A DNA stretch of 51,265 bases from Octopus sinensis (taxonomy: Eukaryota), in NCBI RefSeq assembly GCF_006345805.1, contig NW_021834206.1, positions 1-51,265 of the forward strand. The letters run 5' to 3'. Of the stretch, positions 38,361-51,265 are shown piece by piece. Made by a program: the position numbers and the translations under genes. The notes under the pieces were generated by a model. The model had not been told where the DNA came from and made no database searches. It saw only the letters and a list, made by a program, of their open reading frames with translations. Every line of letters starts with the position of its first letter. Position 1 is the stretch's first letter.

Positions 38361-38643
38361 TTATCGTTATTGACTGTTTTCCTTATTATGTGATACGTAT
38401 TCAATTTCTGGACTATGGACGATGAACGATACTGAGAAGACTGCGAGGGAGTGTGAGAAAATGATACAGAGAAAGAAATAGTGAGTGAAAGAGAGAATGA
38501 AGTAGGAATATATCAGATGAGACAAAGAGAGCGATCAATCCTTTACGACTGTAATAATTTCCCATAAAGATGTCAGGAAGGTGGCATTAACTTAAAACAT
38601 GTACATGTATATACATATGCCTATATATTTACATACAAATATA

Positions 38644-38687
<44 letters not shown>

Positions 38688-39348
38688 AGTGTGCATATAC
38701 ACATACTTAATATACATGTGCATTTGTGTATATATACACAGACATACAGACATAGCGGTGCACACGGTCATATATAAATACACCTGCGCACATACATTAA
38801 TTTTAAATAGCACCGTGTTTGCGCTCTTATTTAATTATTGCCGTCATTGACTTCATCAATCTTCGTGAATGCCTTCTACGATGTTTGCAACAAAAATATT
38901 TGTAAGTCCATTGACTTTTGAACCTCTACTTCACGCCATGCCTTGAGTGAAATGACGACAATGGAGTCTTATTGAAGCGTTTTAAATTACGCAGCAAACA
39001 AATGTACATGGGAAAGACATGGTCGCCGGAATTAAAATTCTCAGCAGTTAACACCTGTTTATTTTCATAATATATTTTACGCATGACGTGTCTTTTGAGC
39101 TTGATAAAATGTTCAACATATAGCGTATTTCATGGCGTTCTAATGATAATTTTAATATTATCAACTGAATATTCTTATATTTTGCACATTGTCTGTATTA
39201 TGTATTATAATGGCTCATTGTCAGGAATTCATGCCCAGCCAAGAGAAAGTATCATTTACTTTTGTTTGAAGTATCAGCATTATTCATAACGTCACATTTC
39301 AGTTAGTGTCTTTGTAAATATTTGTTATTATTATAGTGTTATTACACA

Positions 39349-39915
39349 AGGCGGCAAAATCGTCAGGGTCAAGTTTGCCTTTCTTCATGTTCATTTAGAT
39401 AAGTACCAGTTGAGCATTTGGGTCGATGTATTCGACTGACCTCCACCCAACAAATTTCAGGTCTTGTGCCTATAGCAGAAAGGATTATTATTATAAAGGA
39501 GACGAACTGGCAGAATCGTTAGCACACCGGGCTAACGTCTTTACATTCGGAGTTAAAATTCCGCCTAGGTCGACATTGGCATTCTTCCTTTCGGGGTCGA
39601 TTAAATAAATACTAGTTACGTACAAGGGTCAATGTAATCGACTAAACCCTACCCTAAAGTTTCGGGCCTTGTGCCTAAAGTAGAAATAAATATGCAAATA
39701 CTAATCAAGGCGGCGAGCTTGCAGAATCATTAGTGCACCGGGAATAATTCTTTGCGGTATTTAGTCCGTTTTCACCTACTGAGTTCAAATTCCGCCTAGG
39801 TTAATTTTATCTTTGATTCATTTGTGGTCGACAAAATAAGTACCAGTAAGCTCCTAGGGTTGACGTGATCGCCTACATCCATCCCCACAGTTCCAGACGT
39901 TGTACTATAGCAGAA
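39349..39915 (+). mobile_element. SINE family 3, three diverged head-to-tail copies
   Basis: Each ends taagtaccag...gtcgat..tcgact...gccttgtgcct..agcagaa; starts at ~39349, ~39497 and ~39708. Confidence 0.75.
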
Positions 39916-40020
39916 AGTATTATTATTGTGTTACTTTACGCTTATATACGACACATATTTATATCCAATGAAATGTTCATATTTTTGAAAACCAGGAGGT
40001 ATTCGGCTTATGTATGTGAA

Positions 40021-40340
40021 GGCGTGTGGCTTAGTGGTTAGGGGCATTCGGCCCATGATCGTAAGGTCGTGAGTTCAATTCCCGGCGGCGCGTTGTGTCA
40101 TTGAGCAAGACATTTTATTTCACGTTGCTCCTGTCCACTCAGTTGGCAAAAATGAGTAGTGCCTGTATTTCAAAGGGCCAGCCTTTTCACACACTGTGTC
40201 ACACTGAATCTCCTCGAGAACTACGTTAAGGGTACATGTGTTTGTGGAGTGCTCAACTACTTTCCCCTTTACTTTCACGAGCAAGCTGTTCCGTTGATCA
40301 TATCATCTGGGACCCTCGTCATCGCAACCGACGGAGTGTT
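40021..40340 (+). mobile_element. tRNA-derived SINE family 2, full length
   Basis: A-box tggcttagtggtt, B-box gagttcaattcc, conserved core and tail shared with 19770-20071. Confidence 0.85.
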
Positions 40341-40637
40341 CCTCCATTCGATTTATGTAGAAGAGTTTTACACTGGTCTGTGTATTTTTAGCCTGAGATT
40401 ATAAATGCCATATATATATATAATTGAGTGTGTTCTTAATTGTCAAATATTTCGGTCCTGCCTGTGTTCCAATAAACACTTTCTAATCATGTTCGCTGCT
40501 TGGCCTTGAATCCATAACTTACAGATTGTTAACAGATGTAAATTCATAGCTTCAGGTTCAGGTCCAAAAGGATATTATTCCACCTATTTCAGAAATTTGA
40601 GGAATCTTTCACTACAGTATATATGTATGTCTATAAT

Positions 40638-40648
40638 TTATCTATCTT

Positions 40649-40734
<86 letters not shown>

Positions 40735-40785
40735 ATCTATCTATCTATCTGTCTGTCTGTCTATCTGTCTATCTGTCTATCTATC

Positions 40786-40830
<45 letters not shown>

Positions 40831-40849
40831 AATCTATCTGTCTGTTCTG

Positions 40850-40901
<52 letters not shown>

Positions 40902-40919
40902 CTATCTATCTGTCTGTCT

Positions 40920-40950
<31 letters not shown>

Positions 40951-40974
40951 CTATCTATCTATCTATCTAATCTA

Positions 40975-41026
<52 letters not shown>

Positions 41027-41068
41027 CTATCTATCTATCTATCTATCTATCTGTCTGTCTATCTATCT

Positions 41069-41119
<51 letters not shown>

Positions 41120-41122
41120 CTA
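40638..41122. repeat. (CTAT)n/(CTGT)n microsatellite
   Basis: Direct reading. Confidence 0.95.
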
Positions 41123-42172
41123 TATATATATATATATATATTAGTCTATATATATATTATATATATAATATATATATATATACATATAAACTAGGTGAGC
41201 TGAACAGTTCATACGCTGAGTATGAACGTGTAATGCTTCAGCTGTGAAATCTTGCATCCAGTAAGTTCACTTTTCTTAAATAACTGCATCGTTTCTCTCC
41301 AAATAAACTGACTTCTGACTGCTCAAAGACGACCTCAATTGTAAATGGTAGCGTCGTCTCTTAAAAGTGGACAAAATGCGGTATTTTGATGTCATCAAGT
41401 ACCAGAAAAAAAGAGTTTAGCCCCATCTATATGGTTGCTATCTGAGATGATGACAGTTCAGCTTTATCAAGAGTGCAAAATGGGTAGCTGAATTTAGGAG
41501 AGGAATGGAGAATCTTGTAATAATTGAAACCATTAGTGTCAGAATGCAATTAGACACAAGAATCGTATCAGAATCATGAGAAAACATGGGAACAAATGGG
41601 TAAACCAAAATTACGTTGTCCAAATAAAATAGAGTATAGGGTTACGGGAAGAAAATTATATTTCACGGGCAAACTCGCTTGTGATATAAAGTATAAACTT
41701 GACTTAAAGCCACATTAAATGCTCATACAGCATCAGGAGAAAAGACAAAGAGACAAAAATAAACTAGCCAAAAAATTACTGGATAATTCCAGATCACAGA
41801 TTTCTCGCTTTGCATAAGAAATGTCTTTCCTTTCGGGATCTGGAATTATCCAAGTTTTAACTGCTATTTCCAGCATGGTGGTATTTCTTAGATACCTTAA
41901 ATTATAATTTTAAATAATTTTCAATAATTATTACGTATGAAATGTTTTTATTCCCATGCAGGCCACCTGATAAGGTCGGTATTTTAATATCGATGTTATA
42001 TATATATATATACATATGTCTTGCACTTAGCATTAGATCGGTATGATATCCGAGATAAATATCAATCTTCTATGAATACAATTTGATTTCTGCATTAACA
42101 GTTTATCTTCCAGGCCTGCATCTACGTTGAAAATATATGTACGCAAGCTCTTGATCATAGTTGCAGTTTTTT

Positions 42173-42203
<31 letters not shown>

Positions 42204-43359
42204 CGTAAATACACACAAGCTGACACATACACACACACAGCACATGTCTTTTATACGTATTCTGTAGAAAATGCTAAGTTTTGCAAGAATATCTCTGGCT
42301 AGCTTTTCACGCATTCTTTTCTTAAATCCTTCCGTTGTATACTTATTTTCCCATGTTATATTTCGTATTACTCTCTCTCTTTCTCAATATTTTTTCCTAT
42401 TTCTTTACACATATTTTATTTATGTATTAATGTTTATGTATTTCATTGTATAAATGTAAAATATGAATACGCATGTTTATGTCTGTATATATGTGTTTCC
42501 ATGTAAGTATATGTATATTATATATACCCATAGGCAAAAAAGTAACAAAAATGTATAAACAAAAGTTCATACATATATCTGTATATGTCCAGATATGTAT
42601 GTACTCATCCATACTACACAGACGCACACACATGAACACATATGTGTGTTTGTTCCTTTAGCCTTATGTGTCTGCTGCATATATATTTACCTATCTCCCT
42701 ATCTATTCACCTTCCTACACATCTACCTATGTAGTAGACTACTGCTTTATCAAAACATCTACTCAAAACTCAGACAGGCACCTATATTTGTCTTTCTATC
42801 TAAATCGCTATGTATCACTTTCACTTTCACATTTACTATCTCTTTCACCGCTCTGTCTCACACCACACTCACTGCCATTACACCCTTCATTGTCCATCTG
42901 TATCTGTTCTTTTATCAAACAAGCTCTACTCATCTAATTATGACACCATCACAGAGCGATTGCAGTCAAGCATCCAACAGAGACAACCATCAGTGGTGAT
43001 GATTAGAAGGCAAGCATTAATATGTGTTGGAGTCAGGCATAATATAATGCCTTTTCAATGACCGTTACGCAAGATCGCGTCACTGTGACGGATAAGATTC
43101 GCTGATACTTGGTCAATGGATGTCCGATATTGCTGACGAAATGAAAAATACATTTGTGTTATTATACTATCCCTCGTGTGTATTTATATGCATGTGTCAA
43201 CATCATTGTATATATGCACACACATATATAGGTATACACACACATATATGTATACATGTATGCATATATGTATGCATCCATATATTCATGTATGTATTTG
43301 ATGTACAGAAACATAAACAAACATACAAACACTCGTGTATATATATATATATATATTAT

Positions 43360-43417
<58 letters not shown>

Positions 43418-44148
43418 ATATAATTTGTGTGCATATATAGATATATTTATATATCTTATATGTCTCAATCTCTGTGTGTCTCTCTCTAATATATAATAAT
43501 CACATAATACATATATACATGTACATATATATATATTTATATATATATATATATATATATACTTGTATATATATAAATCAGAGAGAGAGAGAAAGAGGCA
43601 GAGAGGCAGAGTGACACACACACACATACATATATATATATATTATATATATATATATATATAGGGAGCTGTGTGTATTTGTGTCTATGTGTATATTTGT
43701 AAACACACATGTAGGTGTGGGTGTAAATGTAGGAATATATGCATCTGTGATTCTATGTTGAAGATTATGTATAAATAATTTCGTATTCCCCCGACACCGT
43801 TTTCATATGTTTGTCATTTATCATCTGTGCCGGTACCTGTGAAGATACATTCATGCACGTGTGAAAAGCAAGTCACACACAAAGACACGCGTACGTGCAC
43901 ACTCGTAAACTGCTCTCTCTCTCATACACTAATACACAATTGCTTCTCTCTACAGACACATCCATACGTACACGGATACACGTAAACGCACAAACATGCA
44001 TCGACAGTAGCAGTGACATCCATGCAATTTTCAGCGAAGATAAAAAAAAATACAACAATCTTTATTGCATTTCGCTTAGAATTAAACCACTGTTTCCAGT
44101 ACGATTCCTTGTGTGTATGCACGCGCGTCTGTGCATCACTGTGTGTGC

Positions 44149-44183
<35 letters not shown>

Positions 44184-44232
44184 ATTTGTGTGTGCATATG
44201 CACATACATATATTTAATGAAAGACAAATATG

Positions 44233-44288
<56 letters not shown>

Positions 44289-44508
44289 ATATATATATTA
44301 TCACACATACATATATGTACACGTACAAATATATGCATGTATACATGTATATATTTACATATGTATAGGTTATATATATATATACATACATTTATATGTG
44401 TATGCATACACGTATATATATATATAATATATAAACACATTCCTATATATATATACATACAAACAGATACGTACATATATGTATATATATGCACAAAGAT
44501 ACATTTGC

Positions 44509-44545
<37 letters not shown>

Positions 44546-44647
44546 ATATACCTATACATATATATATATATATACATATATACATTTATATATATGTGCA
44601 TACACACACACACGCACACACACACACACACACCACACACACACACA

Positions 44648-44679
<32 letters not shown>

Positions 44680-44976
44680 TAGTTTCTCAGCATCGATGGA
44701 GCGGACCTGGTCAAAAGCATTCCAACCATGGCTATCCCCTAATTTTTTTTTATATATTAATACTCCAAGTTCCTACTTGCCTTTTTCGTTGTCCTTCCAT
44801 TATTTTTCACATATTTAGCTGGGTGCTTTTCGTCGAGCTTTTTTTTTTCAAACAGTTTTGCCAACTGCTTAGTTATCTCGCTCAGAGTCCATTTTTCATG
44901 TCGTATGTCTTACCTACAGTCTTATTTATAAGAAATATTGATATGTAACACGAATCAAATATATTCCAAGCAGATA

Positions 44977-45138
44977 GGCGCAGGAGTGGCTGTATGGTAA
45001 GTAGCCTGCTAACCAACAACATGGTTCCGGGTTCAGTCTCACTGCGTGGAATCTTGGGCAGGTGTCTTCTGCTATAGCCCCGGGCCGACCAATACCTTGT
45101 GAGTGGATATGGTAGACGGAAACTGAAAGAAGACTGTC

Positions 45139-45220
<82 letters not shown>

Positions 45221-45470
45221 TGTGTGTGTATGTGTGTGTGTTTGTGTGTCTGTGTTTGTTCCCCTAACATTGCTTGACAACCGATGCTGGTGTGTTTACG
45301 TCCCCGTCACTTAGCGGTTCGGCAAAAGAGACCGATAGAATAAGTACTGTGCTTACAAAGAATAAGTTCCGGGGTCGATTTGCTCGACTAAAGGCGGTGC
45401 TCCAGCATGGCCGCAGTCAAATGGCTGAAACAAGTAAAAGAGTAAAAGAGTAAAAGAGAGTAAAAGAGAG
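44977..45470 (+). mobile_element. tRNA-derived SINE family 1, full length
   Basis: ggcgcaggagtggctg head through (gtaaaaga)n tail; an older head fragment follows at 45475-45630. Confidence 0.9.
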
Positions 45471-45889
45471 AGATATGGCTATATAGTGAAGAACCATCCT
45501 TTGTATCCTCAATGTTTCGGGTTCTGTCCTGCATTGCATCTCGGTTAAGTGTTCTCTAATATAACCCCGTGCCGATTCCTACCCTGTGAGCGAATTGGTA
45601 GACGGAAAGTGTGAGAATGCACATCGTTGTATATAGTCTGTATATACTAAATATACATTCTTTATCCCAGTCCCTACCACCATGCTTTTGTAATTCGTTT
45701 GCTATTCCATATGATAAAAATAAAATTCATTGTGCTGATATCTAACCGCAGGATCCTATGTCCGACGCAAAAAAATATTTTTATGTATTTATTTATTTTA
45801 CTAACATCATCATCATCGATGTTGAAGTTCATCATCGTGCTTCTCCTTCCCCTCATCTACATCATCGTCGGTCACAACTCAGCATTTAC

Positions 45890-46095
45890 ACGGCCCTCAA
45901 GCACGTATTGCAAAATGCCAAGCAGCACTTCGCCCGTTTATAAATTCTGAGATCAAAATCCGCAGATGTAATATTTTTATTTTCATCCATTCGGTGGTCG
46001 AATGAAATAAGTACAAGCCAAGCACTGGGGTAGATGTATTCAACTAGGCCCCTCCTCTCCGCAAAAGCTTCGGGCCTTGTGTCAATAGTAGAAGA
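45890..46095 (+). mobile_element. SINE family 3, degenerate
   Basis: ttctgagatcaaaatccgc...tttcatcc.ttcggtggtcga..taagtac..cactgggg. Confidence 0.6.
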
Positions 46096-46654
46096 GTACA
46101 GGATTAATATCTATCATCGTCCTTTGTCATCGACGTCTTTGTAGATTCCTTTTCGTCACCACGGCTGTCATTTTCACCATCGTCGTCCTCGTCATTATCA
46201 TTCGTTGTATTTGTCGTCACCATCATGACTACCACCGCAGCCGACATGGCCACCACCGCTGCTACTATAAGCACGGCAGTTTTCAGCATCGTCAACGTTG
46301 TTGCCATCAGTGAGTCAGTACCATTGAATATACATTCATTTAAATTGCTCGTCAGTTTTTTTTTCTTTCATTTTAGATTTGGTTCTAACATATAAATCAG
46401 AAAGTGACTTAAGTGTATTAGGGATTTATAGAATCGCTGTATTTTTCACTCTTGGAGGATTATCTGCATGGCTTTGATAAGACAATGAAATATATACTTA
46501 TGTGTAAGCTGATTAAAATATACAGTTTTTGTTTAATCACGGACTACACGCACGACAGAACTTTCGAAAAGTTTTCAGGAAATAAGAATTCCCCAATGTG
46601 CTAAAAACACCAGTCAAATCTATCTCAAATTACATCGTTACTGTTTTTATTTAT

Positions 46655-46812
46655 GACTGAAAGACATTTCGATATTTCGTCCGTTTTTATGATCTAAGTT
46701 GAAATTCCGCTGAGGTCAGCTTTAGTTTTCAGCCTTCGGAGTCGATAATATAAATACCAGTGTAAGTGTAATTGACTTACCCCTCTCCCCGAATACCTGG
46801 CCTTGTATCAAA
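46655..46812 (+). mobile_element. SINE family 3, degenerate
   Basis: aattccgctgaggtc...ccttcggagtcgataa...taccag. Confidence 0.55.
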
Positions 46813-47495
46813 TTTATGAAATCAATGATGATAGTGACAATAACTTTGCTTTACTCATTAATGTTTGACGATTCGTGCAAATTATTCTTCTAATCGTTTG
46901 AGCTTTTGTAATCAAATGGGGTATAATAATGGTGTTGTTAGACTGGACCACTGGCGAAAATTTAAAGTCTCGATGGAATTTGAACTCGGAATGTAAATAG
47001 ATGGGATACATATTACTATGAATCTTACTCGATGTGTCTAACCATTCTTTCTTTCTGTCAGTACATCACTCTGGGCATTATTTATCAATTTCGAATGAAT
47101 GAAATGTAAAATTAAATTCAGCGCGATTTGAAATCCGATAGTGTAGATGCTGGTGAAATTGATGATAAAATATATTAAATACTATTTCGAGTCCCGGGGA
47201 CTAAACAGGCAGGTTACTCAGTTTCTCTAACGTATAAAAGACCGTGATCGAACGGGATGCTGGTCTGTTGTGGGTTATGCAATAACAGTTTCTGAGTGGA
47301 CAGGAGCAACACGAAAGATGTGGTTTACTCGGTCCTGGAATAGAAACTTTATGATCGCTTTTATCGTTATTGCAAAACGCTAACCAGTGGTTTCCACACA
47401 TTCACTAATTATTATGAGCATCAGAAAATAATATATTTGCTGAAATCTGTAAACAAAAGCTGCTAGTACTGTTTTGTTCAGATGTCCGGGGGTAT

Positions 47496-47871
47496 ACTCT
47501 TTAACTTGTTTCAGTTATTTGACTGCGACCGTGCTGGAGCTCCACTTTGGTCGAGCAAATCGACCCCAGGACTTATTCTTTGGAAGCGTAGTACTTATTC
47601 TATCAGTCTCTTTTGCCGAACCGGTAAGTTACGGGGAGGTAAAAACACCAGCATCTGTTGTCAAGCGATGTTGGAGGGACAAACACAGACACACAAACAT
47701 ACATATATATATATACATACATACACATATATGACGGGCTTCTTTCAGTTTCCGTCTACCAAATCTACACACAAGGCTTTGGTCGGCCCGAGGCTATAGT
47801 AGAAGGCACTTGCCCCAGAAGCCACGCAGTGGGAATGAAGCCGGAACCATATGGTTGGTAAGCAAGCTACT
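47496..47871 (-). mobile_element. tRNA-derived SINE family 1 lacking the first ~23 nt
   Basis: Reverse complement of 44977-45430. Confidence 0.88.
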
Positions 47872-49610
47872 TTATTTCATTAAGATTTGCCATAAACGCA
47901 TTATAAAGAGTAGCTTGTGGAATGAACACATACATTGATGAGGTGAATGATGAGAAGAAAAGAAAAAGAAAAAGGAATGATATAGATGGGAGAAGACAAA
48001 AAACGCATGCCGATTTTTGCTTCTCTAACAAATTCCTTTTTTTTCCAACAGTAAAAAATAAAACGAGGTATTGAACATCCCACTACAGTTTTTGCAATTA
48101 TTGGACTTAAAAGTCCATTACAAATAATAACATACAATAAAATATTCAATATATAATCAACACTAGTCCATTTACAAATGAGGCGCTGAGTCTCTTACAT
48201 ATTATAGCAGTGAGGCTTTTCAATCTCTTGTCAATTTTCCACCTCATCATCGCTTGTACCCATCTACTCCACCATCACCCATGCTTGATTAAAATCAAGG
48301 CGTGCTCCGAGTCGGCGTCACCCGGCCACGAGCGATATTCCTCTTTTAGCCCCTTCAGCCTTTGTAACATGCGCAACATTATGATCGCTACAGCTATCTG
48401 CGGAGGCCATTCGGGTTCCCGTATGAAGGCTAAAGGTACTCTCTTGTAGTGTTCTTTCAGCACCTTTTTCCATCTCTCCACCTCTACAAAAGAAGACCAG
48501 CAGTTCTTCCTCCTCCTCCAGATCCAAGGTAGTCAATTCTACCATTGGCGGTACAATTACCGCCAATAGCATCCCCCCACGCCGGTGGTACAAGCCCCAG
48601 CGACGAGGCTCCGGGACATTCCTGCACCATGTCTCCGACTGCCGGCATTATCCCGTTTCTCCTCCTCCTCCTCCTCTTCCCGACTGGGGGAGTGTGCGTC
48701 TCCTTCGTGACCGAGAGATTCGCCTCTTCCCTCACCCATTGTTGCTCACCTTCTTCCTTTTGCGGCTCTTCTTTGACGAGTCCTCCGTCTCCGCAGCCGC
48801 TTTCATTCCTTCAACCGCTCCAAGACTTTGCTTTGTCCTTGAGTATAGTTCTTTTTTATATGGCCTGGCTCCAAGCACCGGTGACATTTGGAGGGAGGCG
48901 TTCCTCGAGCATCACCGGATACCTAGACGGGTTAGTCTCAAAAATCTGGAAATACCAGACTTTCGGCTGACTAGGTCCATAGAGTCAAAACTGCTTGTGA
49001 CCCCTCCCAGTCAGCTGCAGGCAGAATATTTACGTTGAGGAGCTTGGTGCTACTACCACCCTAGTATCGCCTTTCCACTCGGGTCCAACTCCGGGTGGCC
49101 AGCCCGGATGGCCAAGCCCTCGTCAACTTCCCAGAATAAGTGGGAAGAATCAAAATTTCATTGCCCTCCAGGGGCTGGATCGCATTTTCACAAGCCACTT
49201 CTGGGGAGTCAAGCAGCACTTTGACCCCCGAGTGATAAAATTAATTGCTGGCTTAAATCCTGCCAGCTGCCTTTCGATTATGTATTTTTTGAAAACGGCA
49301 ATGGCGTCGAGGGTCCTAGGGTATGTCCTCAAAACCACCGTCTTACCTTCAAGTTTTTTTAGCCATCTTTTGGGTGGTGCAATTTCCCACTCTAGCAACT
49401 TTCCATTGTTCTTTGCCATGTTTTTTTTAAAGTCCAAAAGTACAGTTCTTAAAACAGAAAATAATTAAGGAAAAAGAAGGAAGCGAAAAAAGTCCAAAGA
49501 AATAGGAGGAAAAAAATTAACAGTTCAATAAAGAGTTTGTTTTTAAATAGAAGATATATGAAGAGAGAGAGCAACAGTTCAAAACAAAGCAAGGGCCACT
49601 TGGTACTCCA
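47872..49610 (-). mobile_element. Tx1/L1-like retrotransposon remnant (ORF1/gag-like with zinc knuckle)
   Basis: GC-richer island. PVMLEER.P / KCHRCLEPGHIKKNY at 48845-48886 is a CCHC knuckle with the last C>Y. N-terminal ORF 49150-49437, basic low-complexity tract, pyrimidine-rich 5' region, AATAAA at the 3' end. Confidence 0.6.
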
Positions 49611-49706
49611 TATATATACATAAATATCTGACTTCTATTTCTAGCAATGCTTGTTTTGATTAGCGCCCCTAGTCACATTTGTGACGTATGTATTACTGCC
49701 TTTTGG

Positions 49707-49765
<59 letters not shown>

Positions 49766-50635
49766 CAAAGACACCACGCAAGCACGAGTATTTACTCACA
49801 CATATACATATATACACAAACGTAAACTCAATATTTCATGTGCATGTATGTATACAATAAATATTTTTGCGCCTGTGTATGTATGTTTGTATGCGTTTGT
49901 TAAGTTCGGTCGTTGTTTGTGTAAGTTTTAATATATTTCAATGGAAGAATAAACAGGAAATTATTATGTGTTTCCGTTACTGAACATTTTATAGAGACAC
50001 ATTGCATGTGATTCGCACACGCACGCACGCACTCAGACACACACATCTACGCATGTGCACCCTCACTACGTATGCATACATACACGTAAACATGCGTACA
50101 TACATACATAAAAATCTACATAGATACATATATAAATACAAAAATGCATACACAAACACATACATACATACAATCAAACAGACGTAAGAAACAGCTTAGC
50201 ATGTACACACACCACAATTTATTGTACATGTTGTAAGAGTGTATTATTTGTATGATGGATATCACTCTTAGATATTGACCGGATGTTCTGACACGGATAT
50301 CATTTTACCAGAGCATCTGACTGTGTGTGGTCCTCGTAGTCATTACTGATAGACATGTCTTTCACTCATTCCGCTACCGAAAGCAATGGGGGACTCGTTG
50401 TAAATGAGTTGATGTTTGTATAGCACAAAGGTATGACGAATTAAAGAGTAAAACAATATAGAATGTTGTTCAAAATGAAGATAAAATATATATTAAAATA
50501 TATAATCAAAACAAATATCAGCCGCCATTATCATCAAAGTACCGAGATTTGTAAAATTCTAGGGTGGCTTGACCTAACTGTATTAGCAATATTATATACA
50601 TTCTTGCTATTTTCAATATCAGTAGTGTCTTATAA

Positions 50636-50812
50636 GCCAGCAGCTGGCAGAATCGTTAGCACACCGGGCAAAATTTTCAGTGGCATTTCATCTGTCTTTT
50701 AAGTTCTGAGTTCAAATTCCACCAAGGTCGAACTTAACTTTCACACTTTAGGGATCGATAAAGTAAGTACCAGTTGTATTCGACGAAACATTGCTGGCCT
50801 TGTGCCAAGATT
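50636..50812 (+). mobile_element. SINE family 3
   Basis: gctggcagaatcgttagcacaccgggc...ttctgagttcaaattcc; another degenerate copy at 51012-51130. Confidence 0.8.
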
Positions 50813-50827
50813 GTTTTAGCTTCAAAC

Positions 50828-50962
50828 GACGCCACCCCGCTGGCTAAGCGAGCAGGCCAACAGAAGAAAGAATGAGAAAAAGTTGCGACGAAAAAGAGTA
50901 CAGCAGGAATCACCACCATCCTCTGCAGGAGCAACGTGCAGCTTTAGATATTTTCGCTCAAT
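50828..50962 (-). mobile_element. SINE family 4-related fragment
   Basis: Minus ctctttttcgtcgcaactttttctcattctttcttc is similar to 15312-15348. Confidence 0.55.
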
Positions 50963-51265
50963 ATTGCTTGCCTTGTAACAAAATTTGAAACCAATATTAA
51001 AACTGTCTTAAAAGGCAGCGAGCTCGCCGGACAAGGTGCTTGGTCCATCAATACGATCTGAAGTTCAAATGCCACCGCAGTCAACCTGATATTCATCCTG
51101 ACGGGGTCCCTAGAGTAAATAACAGTTCGACAATTGCGTTTCTTTCGCATGATAGTTTCTATATAAATATTATTATTGGCACGCTATCGTTGAGATGGTA
51201 TGTCAAGGTGTTTTTGTCACCCATGGGTTGTGAATGTCTGTAAACGTGTCACAATATGAACGATT

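Noticed and set aside
40021-40090. tRNA gene
   Set aside because: A/B boxes continue into a multi-copy SINE body and no complete cloverleaf is evident
46104-46307. Signal-peptide-like 67-aa ORF
   Set aside because: Degenerate trinucleotide repeat (TCA/TCG/CCA) with no splice or homology support

Overview
AT-rich, microsatellite-saturated eukaryotic DNA. The repeat content resembles an octopus/cephalopod genome; this is an inference from the SINE families and was not verified. No intact host gene is recognisable, and nearly all ORF-track entries are microsatellite translations. The window holds decayed mobile elements: three mariner copies with TIRs, a Tc1/maT-like fragment, a Penelope-like (RT thumb + GIY-YIG) remnant, an R4/Dong-like RLE LINE fragment beside (TAA)n, a Tx1/L1-like ORF1 remnant, non-autonomous Helitrons, fold-back MITE-like elements and many tRNA-derived SINEs. 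The main unexpected signal is a set of short elements, mostly embedded in (TA)n tracts, that carry type I hammerhead-ribozyme motifs (stem I - CUGANGA - stem II - GAAA - palindromic stem III - UH - stem I'). These include a ~475-bp head-to-tail tandem array with one hammerhead per unit (retrozyme-like), an inverted hammerhead pair, fold-back elements with a hammerhead inside, and recurring core variants (U4C, U3:A8, A inserted after A9). All structures were folded by eye and ribozyme activity is untested.
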